Shown here piece by piece: positions 21,129-34,690 of a DNA stretch of 64,000 bases; position 1 is the first letter of the stretch, and each line of letters starts with the position of its first letter. The stretch is from positions 6,200,001 to 6,264,000 of the forward strand of contig JAYWIR010000002.1 of assembly GCA_036172245.1 (NCBI GenBank), in the 5' to 3' direction. Both the position numbers and the translations under genes were made by a program. Origin of the DNA: Raillietiella orientalis (lineage: Eukaryota). The notes below the pieces were generated by a model. It was given only the letters and a program-made list of their open reading frames with translations, was not told the DNA's origin and made no database searches.

Positions 21129-24100
21129 TTTGCTTTCATATATCTGTTCATCAAACACCAGAAGGCACATGCACAATTTTACAAAAACTTTTGGTCACGA
21201 ATGTGCTGCTATCAGTAATATAAGCTATGCCCTTGGAACAGCAGATCGTTTATAACTGCCCAAACGTGCACCACATTTACAGGTATTTGTGGTCTAAAGC
21301 TTTGGGCGGTGAAGTTTTAAATCCTAAGATGTTCACATAAAGATACAGCATTAAAAAGTATAGAAAAAATTGCACTCCACGTTTGCCAAACGATTACCGT
21401 TTTCATTCAATGGAAATGGCTGATGCACTTTACTGGAGACATGTAACCCCATTCACGCCATGTTTTACAAACTGATTCCTTGGGACAAAGGGCTGCTTCA
21501 AATCCATTGGGACAGCTTAATCTCTTTTAAGTTTAGTAAACGTGAGGTTTTGGACAAATTTTTTTTTTCTTTTTTGCATTCATTCAGACAGTACCAACGC
21601 TAGGTGCACCATGCACCAAAAGTCTACTCCTCAATCTAAACCTAGGTTCAGCTCTCCAGATTTAAGACAAAAGAAAGCTTTCCATACGACGAATGATTGC
21701 GAAACTTTACGAAAGCGTAAAACTACACGGAATTCGACCTCCCTTAAGGTCCTCTCCTTAATCTCCCTCCCTAAACGATGAATGCCTAATTGTGTGCGTG
21801 CACGAATGTACAAACCCGACCTCTTGTGTTGGTTTGGTGATGGCACGTTTCTCCACACAAACGCGCAAAACAAACTCGTCCCAAATTACCTACGCGTTTG
21901 CACTTTTCCTCGAACATTCTGTAGCCCTGGTTTTTGGTGGCCACAAGAACTGTTGGGAGTGCTTGCCGAGTGCACAACCGCTGGGAATTCACTATGACGC
22001 CTCCTCCTCCTCCTCACTTCCCCGATTTCCTATGGATGCGGTCGTTGAGAGCGGCGCGCGGTACTCCTTGCTGCGTATCTCCTGGCTCCCCATTTCACGA
22101 TGCACAGTCATCCCGGAGGCACACTTTCAAAAAATCTGGGTTTATCCGTTTCATCGGTTTGAATCCAGCTTGGATCTGGTAGAAGTAATGCCACCCTGCT
22201 GGCGAAATCCACCGGTCGAATCGGGCATTATGCAGCTTCTTGGGTGAGAAACCAAAGACTTTCGAAAGCGGGAAGCTGCTTCTCCTTTGCCCAAAAGTCG
22301 AACCAGACAAACCTGGAAATGAAAGACGCTTGCCTGCTTCGAAAAGCATTTTCAGTGCGAAACGACGTGAGTAGCCTCGACTTGCAAACAGGGTTGTCAC
22401 TGTACTTTTGGTTTTATGGAGGGATTTCTTTCCCGCCGTTTCGATCATAACCACAATTAAATGATCGCATGCACCTCTGCCTTTCTGATGTTCAGCAGGT
22501 TTCTTCCGTATTCCGGAAAACGCCTTTTCCTCATCCGTATTGTAACAGGAAAGCAAGTTTTGCCACAGTTTGCATGTTTGTTGTTCACGAAGTCAACTCG
22601 TGGTGTTTCGAATCCAATTCAAGATTTGGCTGTTACGGACTCCTGCAACGCCACGACGAGTAAAACATGGACATGAGAACATCGAATATGCCACCAAACG
22701 CCTCTCGATTCTTCCTCTGCGTTTACTCCTCCCCTTCTTTTATTACACTCCGTATCGTAACGTTTACCATTTTACGTTTTGTCCTTCTTCACAATGGCCC
22801 TTGATTATTATCGGAAGATTTAGACTTGGGCAGTTAGGTTTGCTGATTTCTTTTAGACCATTCCCATTTTTATGCAGATGTATCTTTGTGGGTTTTTTTT
22901 TTGGTTAAAAACCAATATTTTTGTCGAAAATATTGATTTCGATTAAAGTTTTATTTTTTTCCATACTCAGAGACGTCCAATACCTGATGTCTAACTGTTG
23001 TTTTTTACATGGATAGGCCAGTTTTTTGTGCATTTCGTTTTCTCGAGAAAATTCACAAAAATCCTTGGTCGTAGGCACAGCATAATCAGTTTTCCTATTT
23101 GCTCTTTCCATTATTTTATCTTTCCCTTGAAGATCAAAGAGTTTTGTTGAAGATTTCATCTGTTGTGATAAAACGTCGAATATGCAAATCCCTGATTTTC
23201 CTTGATCATTTTCCTGTGCTTGAACATTTGCCATCTATCGCTGCTGAAATCCTGAATAAAATCTCAATTCGTCGATGCGTCGAAGAAATTTTTTCTTCAC
23301 GAGTAAACCGGATTGGTATTTGCATTTCAAGAGCTAAAATTTCTTTTAATTGGTCTTCTCCTGATGAATCCACAGGAACGTAACTAATACATGTGACATT
23401 CGTGAAATGATTTCAGAGAACGCATGAGAACCCAGCAATTCGAGTTTCACGGAACATGGAGCGAACTCAACCAGGGACGAGGTTCGAGTCTCTGCCGCGC
23501 CCTCGAAGACTAAGAAAACATCCTGAAATTTTCTTTTTGGAACAAATATCAATGTAAAAGACGATGAGGAGGTGCTGGGGTTTCGAGTCCTTGTTACTTC
23601 GCACTTTCAAGAATGCATCATGTATGTAGATTATCTTCGAAAGCGAAAACGAAGAGCAAGACGCAGGGTTCTTTCGAAGTTCCCCTCCTTTCTCCTTATC
23701 CCTGTGAGATGGCAGCATTGGTAATGCAGCATGGTTTTTCTGGCAGTCAACAGCGATCCAGGAAGAAGGCTCACCGGATGTCTTAGGTCCCATCCGTTAT
23801 AGCAAGAAAACAGATGGAGAAGCCTCTTGCCTCCCACCCGTTATCACTGAGAAGTTCCTGAGGAACATCCCCAAACCATATTGTGCTCGAACATAAGCAC
23901 AAGTCACATGATGCAAGAAATCAGTCTAGGAAGGCATAAAATCCTATCAGTACGCAAGGCAAGAAATGGACCATGAGAACAAAAGTACCCCTCAGCACTG
24001 CTTGCAAGCGTTAAAAGCTAAACATTCTAACACCGGGAAGGATCTTTAAAATCTCAGGCAATCTTTGGCACACTTGTATCAGAGAGAATGCATATCGGGA

Positions 24101-25349
24101 ACACATGTGTGAAATCGATGCTAGGCTGATTCGTCATCACATCAGATGAGATGTGACAGCGAGCCAGCAAAAGTGAAAACTAGCGAGAAGTCACCAGGAG
24201 GAAGAGAGACGGAAGTTCAGGTCCCAGAAAACATTTGTTCTTCTAGCAACGGATTTTGGGAAAACAATCATAACTTGCTGGCCTGTAACCGATTTGTTAT
24301 TCGAGAAACCCACATGTTTTAGTCGTAGCAGTGCAAACCGCTGCACAAATCAAACTTACCGGAGGCCAAAAAGTTTTTCATTCGTCTGGCTTCCCATCCA
24401 GCCATTCCTTTCCCATTTTCGAGCTACTTTTCACCACTAAGAAGCGGTTTCACCATCAGGCATGTAGCTGTGGGCCATGTGGAAACACCACACAAAATTG
24501 TTTCCCGAAACCAATGAGTTGCGGTTCATGAATTGCGAACTTGTTTTGGTTTTCCGTGTCCCCTCGGAGACGTGAAAGCTTTACAACGTCGCTCACCTAG
24601 TTTCGGGTTAAGAGCTGGTAGTCCCATTCATGGGTGCTCCTGAAGAATTTGCAGAAGCACGACTGTGTCTAATGATGCACGTTTCCGACTTTCTCTTGTA
24701 CTTGAACTGATCCTTCATTTTTCTCTCTCTCTCTCGCCTGCCCATTCTATTTTTCCATCCACGCCAAAGTGTGTTTCAATCAGGTCAAACGAACGAATCT
24801 ATGTTTCCAGTGTTTGTTGCTGTTGTTGTTTTCACCGCGGATGTTGTTTTTCAATGCATCCGTCCTGACTTTCAAACCCCTCTCTGCGACACGAGGGAGT
24901 TTCCTTTCCGGTTGGTGTCAAGACGGTGAAGGATTTTGCACTTGGCATGCAGAACGATTTCTACTTTGGATGATTCGAAATCCGGCTGGTTTTTCCGTGC
25001 CCCGTGACCTCAAGAAGGAAGGAGGGGGGGGGGGGGACGCACATTTCCAATTTCTGTTACTCTCATGCAGCAAAACGCTACAATTCGAAAAAAGAAAGAA
25101 AAAAAAGGGAATAGAAGCGTTTCTTGGCCTTCATCTCCTTCCTTCTTGGCCTTAGATCAAAGTGGTACTTGTGGTCAGTCGCATCCTCTGATGGTCGCTG
25201 CTTGTTGCGGACGGCTCGCAGTTGCAACAAGCGGATGCGACCGTTTCGCCTTACTACAGAAATGGTGGGAGAACAGCCCTACTTACTGAATGCCTTCGAA
25301 TTGAATTGAACCAATTATCGAATACCTTCGAAGCCCAGAATGTCTCAGC

Positions 25350-28300
25350 GAGTTCTTTTATTCTCTTCCGTGACGTCACGAAAGCCAAGCGCAAATGCAC
25401 GGGTGGGTATGCGCAGCTCGGGACGATCCCACCTCAGTTCCTCTTCCGAGACGTCCGAGTACTTGCGATGCCGGATGCAGCTCCGTCCGATCGCCATGGA
25501 TTCCGAATCACCTCGCCCAGAGGCTGCCCACTGCCCTGTGCGCAATCCCTCGGTCCCCGATGCTGCCGCGGGTTCTGGAATGTTCTTCCCGGAAAGCAGC
25601 GTACCGACGCAGGTCTTCTTCCCGGCTCCCTTTCTTGAGGGACGCGCCCGCCCGCGCTGCCTGCCCGAGCAGCGTGGGCGTCGATCCCCGTCACGGCCGC
25701 CCGCGGCGTGACGCAACGAAAGTACCCGCTGTTCCGCCGCGGGGGCCGGCTCTGCTTCCTCGGCACCCGAGTCCCGGCCCGCCTCTTCCCGGCCGAGCGA
25801 CGATCAGCTGCCCCGGCCGTGACGAGCGGGCCAGGAAGAAGACGCACCCTGCGTCTCGTCCCGGAATCCTTCCTGCGCGCTCCTTTGGGAGTCAGAAGGG
25901 GAGCGTCGAAATGGAGCAGGTTCCTCGTTCTAGGGTCTCGTGGCTGAACGCACGAGTTTGCACAAACGGGTGGCGGAAAAGGGGGGACGGGGGGGGAGGG
26001 AAGCACGGGGCAGCAGGGGACCTTCTCACCTGCGAAACTTCAGCACACTTGCGAGGACGGCAGTTGCAAACGCGCGCGCGATCGTAGGGGGAGCATGAAA
26101 GAGGCGACCCGCCTACGGACCTGGCGTAGAATGTGGCTTCTCACGAGCGGCAGCATCGCTGGTAATGGGGGGAGGTGGAGGAGGACGCGCCGTTCTCGTT
26201 TCCCCCCAAAATAGGAGAAGGAGGAGGAGGAGGGGGGAGATTCGGATGGAATACACGCTGAGCTCGTGCTATTTCTGCTCATTGGGTATGTCATTGTCAT
26301 CTGCTCTATTTTTGGCTATTTATGACGTCATGTGGTTCTGAGTGCCCATTTTCTCTCTCCTTTTTTTTTTTTTTCGGCGGAGTATTCCCGAGGATCGAAG
26401 ATCTTTTTCCTGCGGCTTCCAATGTAGGAGATGGACGGAGACTCGTGCCGGGACGGCGATAAGCCGCCGCTCCAGAGCATCGAGGGGACCATCGTCCTGA
26501 CCTCTTTCCCGCTCTTTCTGTTATTCTCTTTTTTTTCCCCGCCCAGGTGCTGCAGGAAAAGGGAAATCACCCGGAGGCACCTGCGGCAGCAGTCCGCTGG
26601 TGCGCTTCCCGCCGGGCGGGCGAGCGCGGAGTCTACGGGAGGCTCCCCCACTGGTGCGAACCAATCAGCTGGCTGACCGCCGCACGCGTTGCCATGGCGG
26701 GAGAGAACGGGAGATGGCGACGGCTGGCGCACCCCCCTCCTCCCCTCCCCACGAGGTCGCTCCGCGCCGTCAGTTTCCCCCGCCTTCTCGTGGCAGCCGG
26801 CGAGCGACGTGGCGCTTCTCTTCCCGCTCCTTCGTCTTTTCCCTGCTCCGTCCGCTGGCCATGGGACGTCTGGTTTGCCCACAGCCACCGCGAGGTCGAC
26901 CGGGAAAGGGAGAGGCACGGAGAAAGAAAGGAAGAGACGCGCCGGCACGCTTTCGAGGCGACCCGCCCACCCGACGACACAGGTGGACATTTCTCGCGTC
27001 CGGCGTGCCTCCTGTAAGAAAAGCACGTGGACTGGAAGGGGACCCGCTCGACCGCCTCCGTGCTGTCAGCGCTCCGCTCTTTGAGTTCCCCGCTGCTCTT
27101 TGATCTTAGAAGTGAGGGGATGAGGCGAGTGAATGGAAGAGGAGGAGAAAGAGAAGACAAGAGGAGGAGGAGGAGGAAGAGGAAGAGAAGGGAGAAGAAT
27201 GCATCGCAGAGCAGTTGGCATATCCTTCATTCCATGCCGGCCTTGGAAGTGCACATCGTCGCCACAGGAACCTCTCCGGTCGCGCGCCACACGAAAAGCC
27301 GGTCCTCGGGGTCTTCTGGCGCCGTGTCACATCGGAGGCATATGAAGAGTGCCAGCAGGGACTCGGAAGGAGAGCGGGCAAGACCCGAGCGAAGAAGGGT
27401 CACGTAGCAGCCTGCCCTGGAGCCCCAGACCTCTGAGGACCTTTGTGGATGCTCGGACTCCTATGCTCGGAGCGTATATGCGCGGACGGCTTCCAGACAG
27501 CGTTGTCTGTGACAGCACCTCTTGTAGAGTGCCGTAGTGACGTCAGAGTCTTGGCGGGGGGCACCCGCCATGCTCCGCTTCACGAGGATGCTGCGATGGA
27601 CCACCACTTGCCGCTCACGAACGGGAGGAGCGCTCCCTCCTCCCCCTCTCAAGTGTGACTTCCCTGCTCAGAGGCAGGCTTCCCGCCAGCAGGAACGGTG
27701 CTGGCAACAAGTGTTGCCGAGCGACCCCGACGCGGCCCAGCGACGCCGAGCGGAGTGGCTCGGCGCGTCTGCAGCAGGGTTCACATTATTCGGGAGAAGA
27801 ACAGGAAGTTGGGAAGGTGGGCCGACGTGACCCCAAAGGCCCAGTGGCAGGGCGACCGCGCGATCCGATCGATGGGGTCGCCGGTTGCACGCCGGTCTCC
27901 GCGGCGCTCCGAAGGGCTCTCCAGGTAATCGACGGAGCGGCTGAGTCGGACGGAGGGGACACGCCTTTGGTCTGGGGTCCATCCGGACCCCACCCGCCGG
28001 CCCCCGGAACGGAGGAGACAGGCCCTCCCTGGCAAAGAAAAAGGGTCTTTTTTTCGCAGGGCCGACCTCGAAACCCTCTTCGCCAGCTGCGCCCCCTCGT
28101 ACTGCCCCTTCCCCCCTCCTTCCGCCGGGTCCGTAGCGCCCTCGCCGCGTGCGATTTGCAGCGAGCGCGTCGTGCCTTCCAGCTTGCGAGTAACGTCACG
28201 AGCACGTGACCGCGCCTGGCTCGCGGACGCGGCGACCCGTGGGGGAGCTGCCTCGCGTTCCGGTAAGGACGCGGGTTCGGGCGAGGCGGAAAACGTTCGG

Positions 28301-29350
28301 GGAACCCTGCTCCGAGGTCTCGGGACTTCCTGGAGCCGTCCCAAGGCCTCTGCCGGTCTCTCGGCCCCCGCCCATCCGCACGCTCGCCCCGCGCACGGTC
28401 CGGTGCGCTTCCCGAACACGGGAGCGTGCAAAATGGCAGGAACTTCCTTCTGCGGAGATGGTGCCTCCTCCTGAGCGGAGCTCATCTGCAAGGGTCTACC
28501 CTTGAACTTCGAACATTCATCTGCATGCCGTCGTGGTTGACGACAACGCCATCAGCGAACCAACCCAGGCGCGTTCTAAGGCGGTCGCGGTCGTTGCTAT
28601 GGCCGACCTTTTTTCCGAGGCGGAGTGCAGGCGGTCGTTACTATGGCTGACCTTATTTTTTTTTGTCTCGCTCTCTCTCCCTTCCCCCCTCGAGGCGGTG
28701 GAATGCAGGCGGTCGTTGCTATGGCCGACCTTTTATTCCCCCCCCCCCCTTCCCCTTTTCCGAGGCGGGATGCAGGCGCTCGCTGCGTGACTCCGTATGC
28801 CTTCTTCAGTCTTTAAGAGGTTTGAAGAGGAGGGAGTTTGGTTTAGCGTGCTGGATGGAGCTGCTCCCGACGACCTGTCGGAGATTTTCCAAGCCTGGCA
28901 GCGTTACCGGCGGAACGCTCGCGATCCCGCGCAAGGTGATGCCCGCCGCATCTCTGCGGCGGAGGCTGCTTCGCAGGGTGGAGGGGCTTCCACCGGTGTC
29001 ACGTCACAGCTCTTCTCTTGGTCGCCCTTCCTTCGGCCGTTTCGGAGTATCGTGCCCCTGGTTGGCTCGAAAACGCGACGACGAAGCCGGGAATCCGGGA
29101 CTCTGAAAACCGTTCGGCGTACCTAAACGTGGAACGTCCGTGCAGCCCCAGCACTGTGCGGCCCCAGGTCCGCCGTAGATACAAGGAAGTTTCCCACCGC
29201 CGGGATCGAAGGTGTCTCCGGTCACGTGGCACGGCAGCCGTGTCGTCATCAAAGCAAGCCCGATCGAGGCTGACGAGAAAGATAAGCGGAGAGACAGGTC
29301 CCAGAGATTGCGGCTGTCCTTTCGCAGGAACGAGTTCGAACGTCGTTTCC
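25350..29350. other. GC- and CpG-rich block (CpG-island-like) with no recognisable protein family
   Basis: Abrupt rise in GC and CG content. Overlapping low-complexity R/P/G/A ORFs occur in all six frames. Confidence 0.6.
28587..28787. repeat. Three-and-a-half-unit tandem repeat with conserved core and variable pyrimidine spacers
   Basis: gcggtcgttrctatggcygacctt at 28587, 28631 and 28709, each followed by a T/C tract and cgaggcgg..tgcag. A partial fourth unit starts at 28776. Confidence 0.9.
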
Positions 29351-29939
29351 GCCAAAGTCAGCTGGACCCACGCATTCTGTAAGGGTTGTCTTGGTCATTT
29401 TTCAAAGCGTCGTTCAATACAGTTAGCGATGTCCCCTTCGGAATCCAAATCAAAAAAAGTCACCCCTAAACGTACACACACACAGAGGAAGGATCTTCAT
29501 TTCTTTGAAACAGCCCGGAAGTCCAAGCGGAACCGATACATTGCTACGTGCAATGTTGATGTCACAACGGGAATCACAGTATAACATATGTGTGTGTGCA
29601 AATAACAGTAAAAAACGTGATTCCTTCTGCATCGAAATCACATTTTCCTTTTATCAAAAATTAAGGCATGTACGTAAAGGTGTACATATATGTACAGCAA
29701 ACGCAGCCTGACCCTCGTAACTCCATATGCATGATTATCACCCGGTTATGCCGGGCATTTATTACATAAAGCAATAAAAATACATTGGTGTGGTTCTACT
29801 AGGTGCATGAAACCTGCCGAAGAGCGGCACGCAGACAGGCGACGTCCGCTTCGGCGGTGTGGGGGAGGGGAAACAAAAACAAAAAAAAAAAGACAAACAC
29901 ACAAAACAAGCGAGGGGAAACTTTCCACGGGGAGGAGAG

Positions 29940-30930
29940 GGAGGGATCACAGTACGCTGCCCGGCGTCCTCTGCAATCTGTCCAGGATGCTGACAAGTTC
30001 TGTCCGTATAGCGCCCAGTTGGGGCCTTATCGAGGCGGTCCTCAGGAAGATTCGCACTTAGCGGATGGTGTCCCTGCCATTTCGACCCTCTTCTTCCCGC
30101 ATTCCAGGCTGCCGCCGCGATCCCGCGGAGACGGCAGAGTGCAAGGGACGGCATCTGAAAATGTCCCTGAGACCGCCCACCGGGGATGCTAGGGTTGCCG
30201 CGAGGCGATCCCAAAGGGGTCGCAGGGCAGCACAGGCCAGCAGCAGGTCCGGGAGGGTATCCTTCTTCCTGCATCTCCCTTCCCCCCGTGTCCAGTGGCG
30301 AAGGCGCGCTTTGCACGGGATCCGCCCATGCAACACCAACTCCGACTGCTCCCACCAACTCCACATGGAACGCCGACTCCTGCCACTTGATGGAGAACGT
30401 GCCACCGTTCCAGCATGCTGGGGGTCACTTCACCTCCTCTGGAGGAAACCATTGGCCTGGGAGGACGGGAATCCTTTCTGGTTCTCTTGTTGCACTGCTT
30501 CCCTTCCAGCCTTTTTTTTTTTTCGTTTTTCTTTTTTTTGGTTCGCCAAGTACTGAAGAACCGTCGTTCGCCTGGTGGCTCGAGAAGCTCTTCGACGTTA
30601 TCCACATCACCACCCGAAAGTGCGCACTAGCTCTTCACGTTAGGAAATACCCCAGGGGAGGACTACCCTATGAACCAAGGAAGGGCTCCGGAGGAAGAGT
30701 TGCGTTCTTCTTGCTCTTGGCAGAGAACCTCGAAGGGAACTTCTTCCTTGTTCTCCTCCGGAAGGACTCTCTGGTTTGTGAGGCCGCTCCTCTTTTTTTC
30801 TCCGAAGAGCACCCGCAAGGGAGCTGCTCCTTGCTTTCTCCTCCTCTGGAGAGAACCCCGAAGGGACTGTTCCCAATTTTCTCTGAAGGGTGCTTTCCGA
30901 AGGGGACAGCATGTTTCTTCTTAATACTTT
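29940..30930 (+). mobile_element. Diverged 5' fragment of the same retrotransposon family as 14.3-16.1 kb, in inverted orientation
   Basis: 30665-30905 aligns by eye with the reverse complement of 15850-16100 (ccctatgaa; gaagggaa.ttccttc; cccgcaagg...gctcc; ctcctctg.agagaaccc.gaagggac). Upstream are broken Cys-containing segments (ITVRCP..CPGC*). The left boundary is uncertain. Confidence 0.65.
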
Positions 30931-31949
30931 GGAGAGGTATCCATCAACCATCTTCTCCATGGTACTAGACGTGCACGTAAACGTACACATGCATGTACAG
31001 AAAACCCGGTATGACTCTCACAACTCCATGTTTTTTTAGCTCCGTGCAACGCGACTAAGAAATGGAGACGACAGTCCTCTCCCGGAAGAATCCTTTGAGG
31101 GCAAACTTTAATTTTGTGATACAGCATCAGTTCAACAAGTGATCCTTCTGTTTGTTGGTCCGTTTCCTTTGTAGCAGATACGAAAAGCACCGCATCCTCG
31201 TGACGGGTTTCAACTCCAAATTCGTCGGGCATCTTCGAGATCTGCACAGGAAAACGTTCGTTACCACCTGGGGGGATTCCACTGGAAGTTTCTGGAATGA
31301 TCGCAAGGACGGAGACTCAGCCTCGGCTTGCATCACAGCTCGTTGTTAAGAACAAAGTAAGGCGAGCCGAAGTCGACGAGAGGACGTATTTTGTAAGTGC
31401 TCATAATGCCGACACTTAAGATATGCGTCAAGCCGCCCCTCGCGGGCCATGTGATACCCACTGCGGCAAGGAGAATGCCCATTTCTGGTACGATCACACA
31501 CCGGCAGATTTACTTCAGACCTCTTCGAATCGCTATAGGTAGCCGTCATCTGAAAAGAGCTTACCTTCGGCATTTGTCGCCCACCACTCCGAATCGAACA
31601 CTACATCACTGCGCGTTCATGACAAGGAGCCTTCTCGACGGAAGAGGTTCCTTTCCACTTCCATCAGAGCAATCACTTCTTGCACCTAGGCTCGCCAACC
31701 AGGCAGAATGGCTTTCTTCCCACCTCAAAAGTCGGATGCATCGACCACTTAATGAACTTGTGAGCTGTCCTGGATGCACAATGAGCTTAAGGAGGAAATG
31801 CAGTTACTCTGCCGTTGCTGCCCCCTTATTCTTCATGGTTCCCCGGACGTGATGAATGAACAAAGTTGAGCTACTCTGCCTGGCTTCCAACTTTCTTCTA
31901 CTGATTCGCTCCAAGCGTTTCAGTTTACAACTGCGAATTGTGCTTTCCT

Positions 31950-32300
31950 TCGATGCGTAATCTGCTTGGCCACTCATGTTGCAGCTGCTACTCTCAGTCC
32001 CACAAACTATCAAACGTTCCACCCCTGCAGTGAAGATTCTTCCTGCAATTCGGTCCACTTCTCATGACAAGCGTATCCACAAACTGAACAGTTCGATTCA
32101 AGTTAGGACTATGGCATTCTGCAGTCTTAAGGGAATCCAAAATAGCTTCTGCAAGACCAGAGAGGAACGAGCTAGAATAAGCACAGGTTCCCAAAGCATG
32201 GATCTCGCAGGGCAGCTATGTAACCTTCAGTCTTATATCTAAGTCTGGCAGTAATCTTTCCAGTTCTTAAAGCCATTAATTGCTTCATCAGAGGGCCTAG
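31950..32300 (-). mobile_element. Possible decayed LINE ORF1/gag zinc-knuckle remnant
   Basis: A stop-interrupted minus frame contains DPCFGNLC and NCSVCGYACHEK (CxxCxxxxH spacing). Weak evidence. Confidence 0.22.
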
Positions 32301-34687
32301 CCTAACCTGAGATCATGAAACGTAAACATTGCACCGTTCCTCATTACAGCCACCCTAGTGATTGCTCACCTATCAATCCCGTCAAAAGCAGCCACGACCT
32401 CGTTATTCGGCAACCACATCTCATTCTTTTGCAGAAGGCTTTCCTGAATCAATAATCTCAGCACACTATCCCACTTTTATATCACCATCCTCATCTTCTG
32501 ATGTTCCGGAATTACTTTCCCCACCACATGAGATCCACGGACATCGCAGAGAAATTTGTCTACTCAGTGCTTTTCACAATGAACACAAAAACGTACAATC
32601 CAGGTCTAATACTAGTAAGGGAACCAACAGACTCACAACTCTACTAGCACATAACACTGAGCTTCTCGTTGATGAGTAAGATCAACATACGTTGACTTCC
32701 TTTACCACGGAGTCCAAGAGGCTCATTGTGATATGGAAACACACTTTCACGAACGAATAATTTTCAAATATACATATAAGTTTTTTTCATGTGGAGATAG
32801 TCTCGTAAGCTTACGTGCAGAAGTCTGCAAATAAGTAAAAGGCAGATTGCAGACCATTTCACAAGGGAAGCTGAAAACTAAAAGACGCTTGTTTTGCGCT
32901 CCTTAATCGAGAATATTCAAAAGCAAAACTCCAATTTCGTTGTAAATGATAATTTTTTCTTCACACTTCAGAAAACCGAAGGGAGTCGTGCAACAGATCG
33001 GTCAATGTTTGAGATGAAAAGATGTGGCGCGATCAATCACAGCGATTCCGAATTGCGATTTTTCTGGGAGCCATCTGATTCATTTGAAATTCCTTTGATA
33101 CGAAGCAGACTGGGAGGTTTGAAACCACGTAATTAACCGTGGCTGCTAACTAATGTGAAAGACAAACTTCATAAAAAAAAAAAACAAAAAAGAAACGAAT
33201 GCAATTAAGGGTAGTCCATCTAATTTTCTCAGAACAACAGGACAAGTATGTTCATTAAGTAAATATCCCTTAAGAAAATAACTTTTTTTTTTTTTTAATG
33301 TAGGACTGTTTACCCGAGTGAAGCTTTATGATTACAAAAACGCAATTGTGGAACAGGGCACGATCCTCAAGAAATGAAGAATTGGAAAACACACACAAAA
33401 AAAGAGTTAGCAGTGGTTCACCTGTCTATCTAGTTGTCACACGATTTCAACTGCCCAGGTCGGACGAAGAACACTTCAACACCCCAGTTTCGCATCATTG
33501 CAGTAGATGCACCTTTGAAGACGAGAAACCCCCAAGAGAATTTTGTCACGAACGAGGCAGCTGGTCCCTTCCGCGATGGAGCACTTTTCTTGATACGTGG
33601 GTCCTGTTACCGAGGGACGGGACGAGCCAAAGAAGAGCAACAGCCGTGAAGGATGACTGGCGGAAGATCTGCCTTTTCCGGAACCCGGCGGTCAGCAGAA
33701 ATTCGTACGAGACTTTGAGCACGAAGACCATCAACTTGGAGCACCACTAAGAGCCGTGAAATGATGATGGCAGTTCAGCAGTGGAGCATCGTCCTCGAAC
33801 GAGCGCCACCGAAATGGTAGATGGACAACGTGTAGAAAGGCATGAAGATGAAGAGAAGGCAGCGTGTATGAACCACCCCAGAGAGATCCATCTGGTTTCA
33901 ACGTGCAGAGCGCGAAGCCAAAGGGCGAAAGGCACCTCAATGAAAAAAAAAGAATAAATTTTTTTTCTTTTTTTGCTTCTTCTCCTCTTTGTACGCTGAC
34001 TCCGAAAATGTGAACCCGAGCCCAGATTCTTGTGATGTTGGACCAACGTGCAAAACCTGGTTTCCTTCCTCGTGACGGTGCAGACCGTGGACCGGGTTCT
34101 TTTCGGTGCTCTGCAAATAATTAGGTAAAATGTAATTCCAGATGACTCGGAGAGCTTGAAGGTATTCCCCCCCCCCCCCTTTCCTGCAAGCCAAAGACTT
34201 TGGGCGAGGATTTACCGTGTGAAATTTTTCGCCTACGTGATCCAATTTCGTTTTTTTTTCCCGTCTTTTTTCCAGCGTTGACGGAAGCTCGGGGCCATCG
34301 AAATTATTTTCGTAAATTGTTTTTTTTCTTTATCATTATTATTATTATGTCGGAAAACTGAACAGAGTGTGCAGATTTTCTACCGATTCGTTTTAAAGGT
34401 CAGAGTTTACGTTTGCTCCCAACCCCCCTCCCCCCCTTCAAAAAAAAAAAAAAAAGAAAAAAGAAAAAAAAGTGCAGTCTACCACACAATTATAGGTATC
34501 AAATGCACAAGTTATTGATTTTGCTTTGAAAAGAGAGTAATCTTCCTGCCGTTGTATTACATCTTTAACCGGAAGATTTATTTGCATGATTTCCAAAATG
34601 TTAATGTATGTGCCTGGATATTGTTGGTGTGAAAAAGTTACACGGTGTGATATGTTTTTTTTTTTTTGCATTCGATGATCGAACAAC

Positions 34688-34690
<3 letters not shown>

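Noticed and set aside
23470..23505. tRNA/SINE-like B box GGTTCGAGTC
   Set aside because: No A box and no cloverleaf upstream.
25119..25164. Resemblance to the U2 snRNA 5' end (cttcttggcctta-gatcaaagtg), the Utopia target
   Set aside because: Needs a gap of about 7 nt, has no downstream U2 sequence or Sm site, and is not adjacent to a recognisable element. Probably chance.
26214..26325. Plus-strand terminal exon encoding a transmembrane-like tail (ELVLFLLIGYVIVICSIFGYL*)
   Set aside because: Could not be convincingly joined in frame to an upstream exon with a good acceptor, and T-rich DNA yields such peptides by chance.
28587..28787. CRISPR-like repeat-spacer appearance
   Set aside because: Eukaryotic intron-containing context, only three units, low-complexity spacers of unequal length and no cas genes.
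25395..29584. Long single-exon ORFs (120-236 aa) in the GC-rich block
   Set aside because: They occur in all six frames with R/P/G/A low-complexity composition, as expected from GC content alone.
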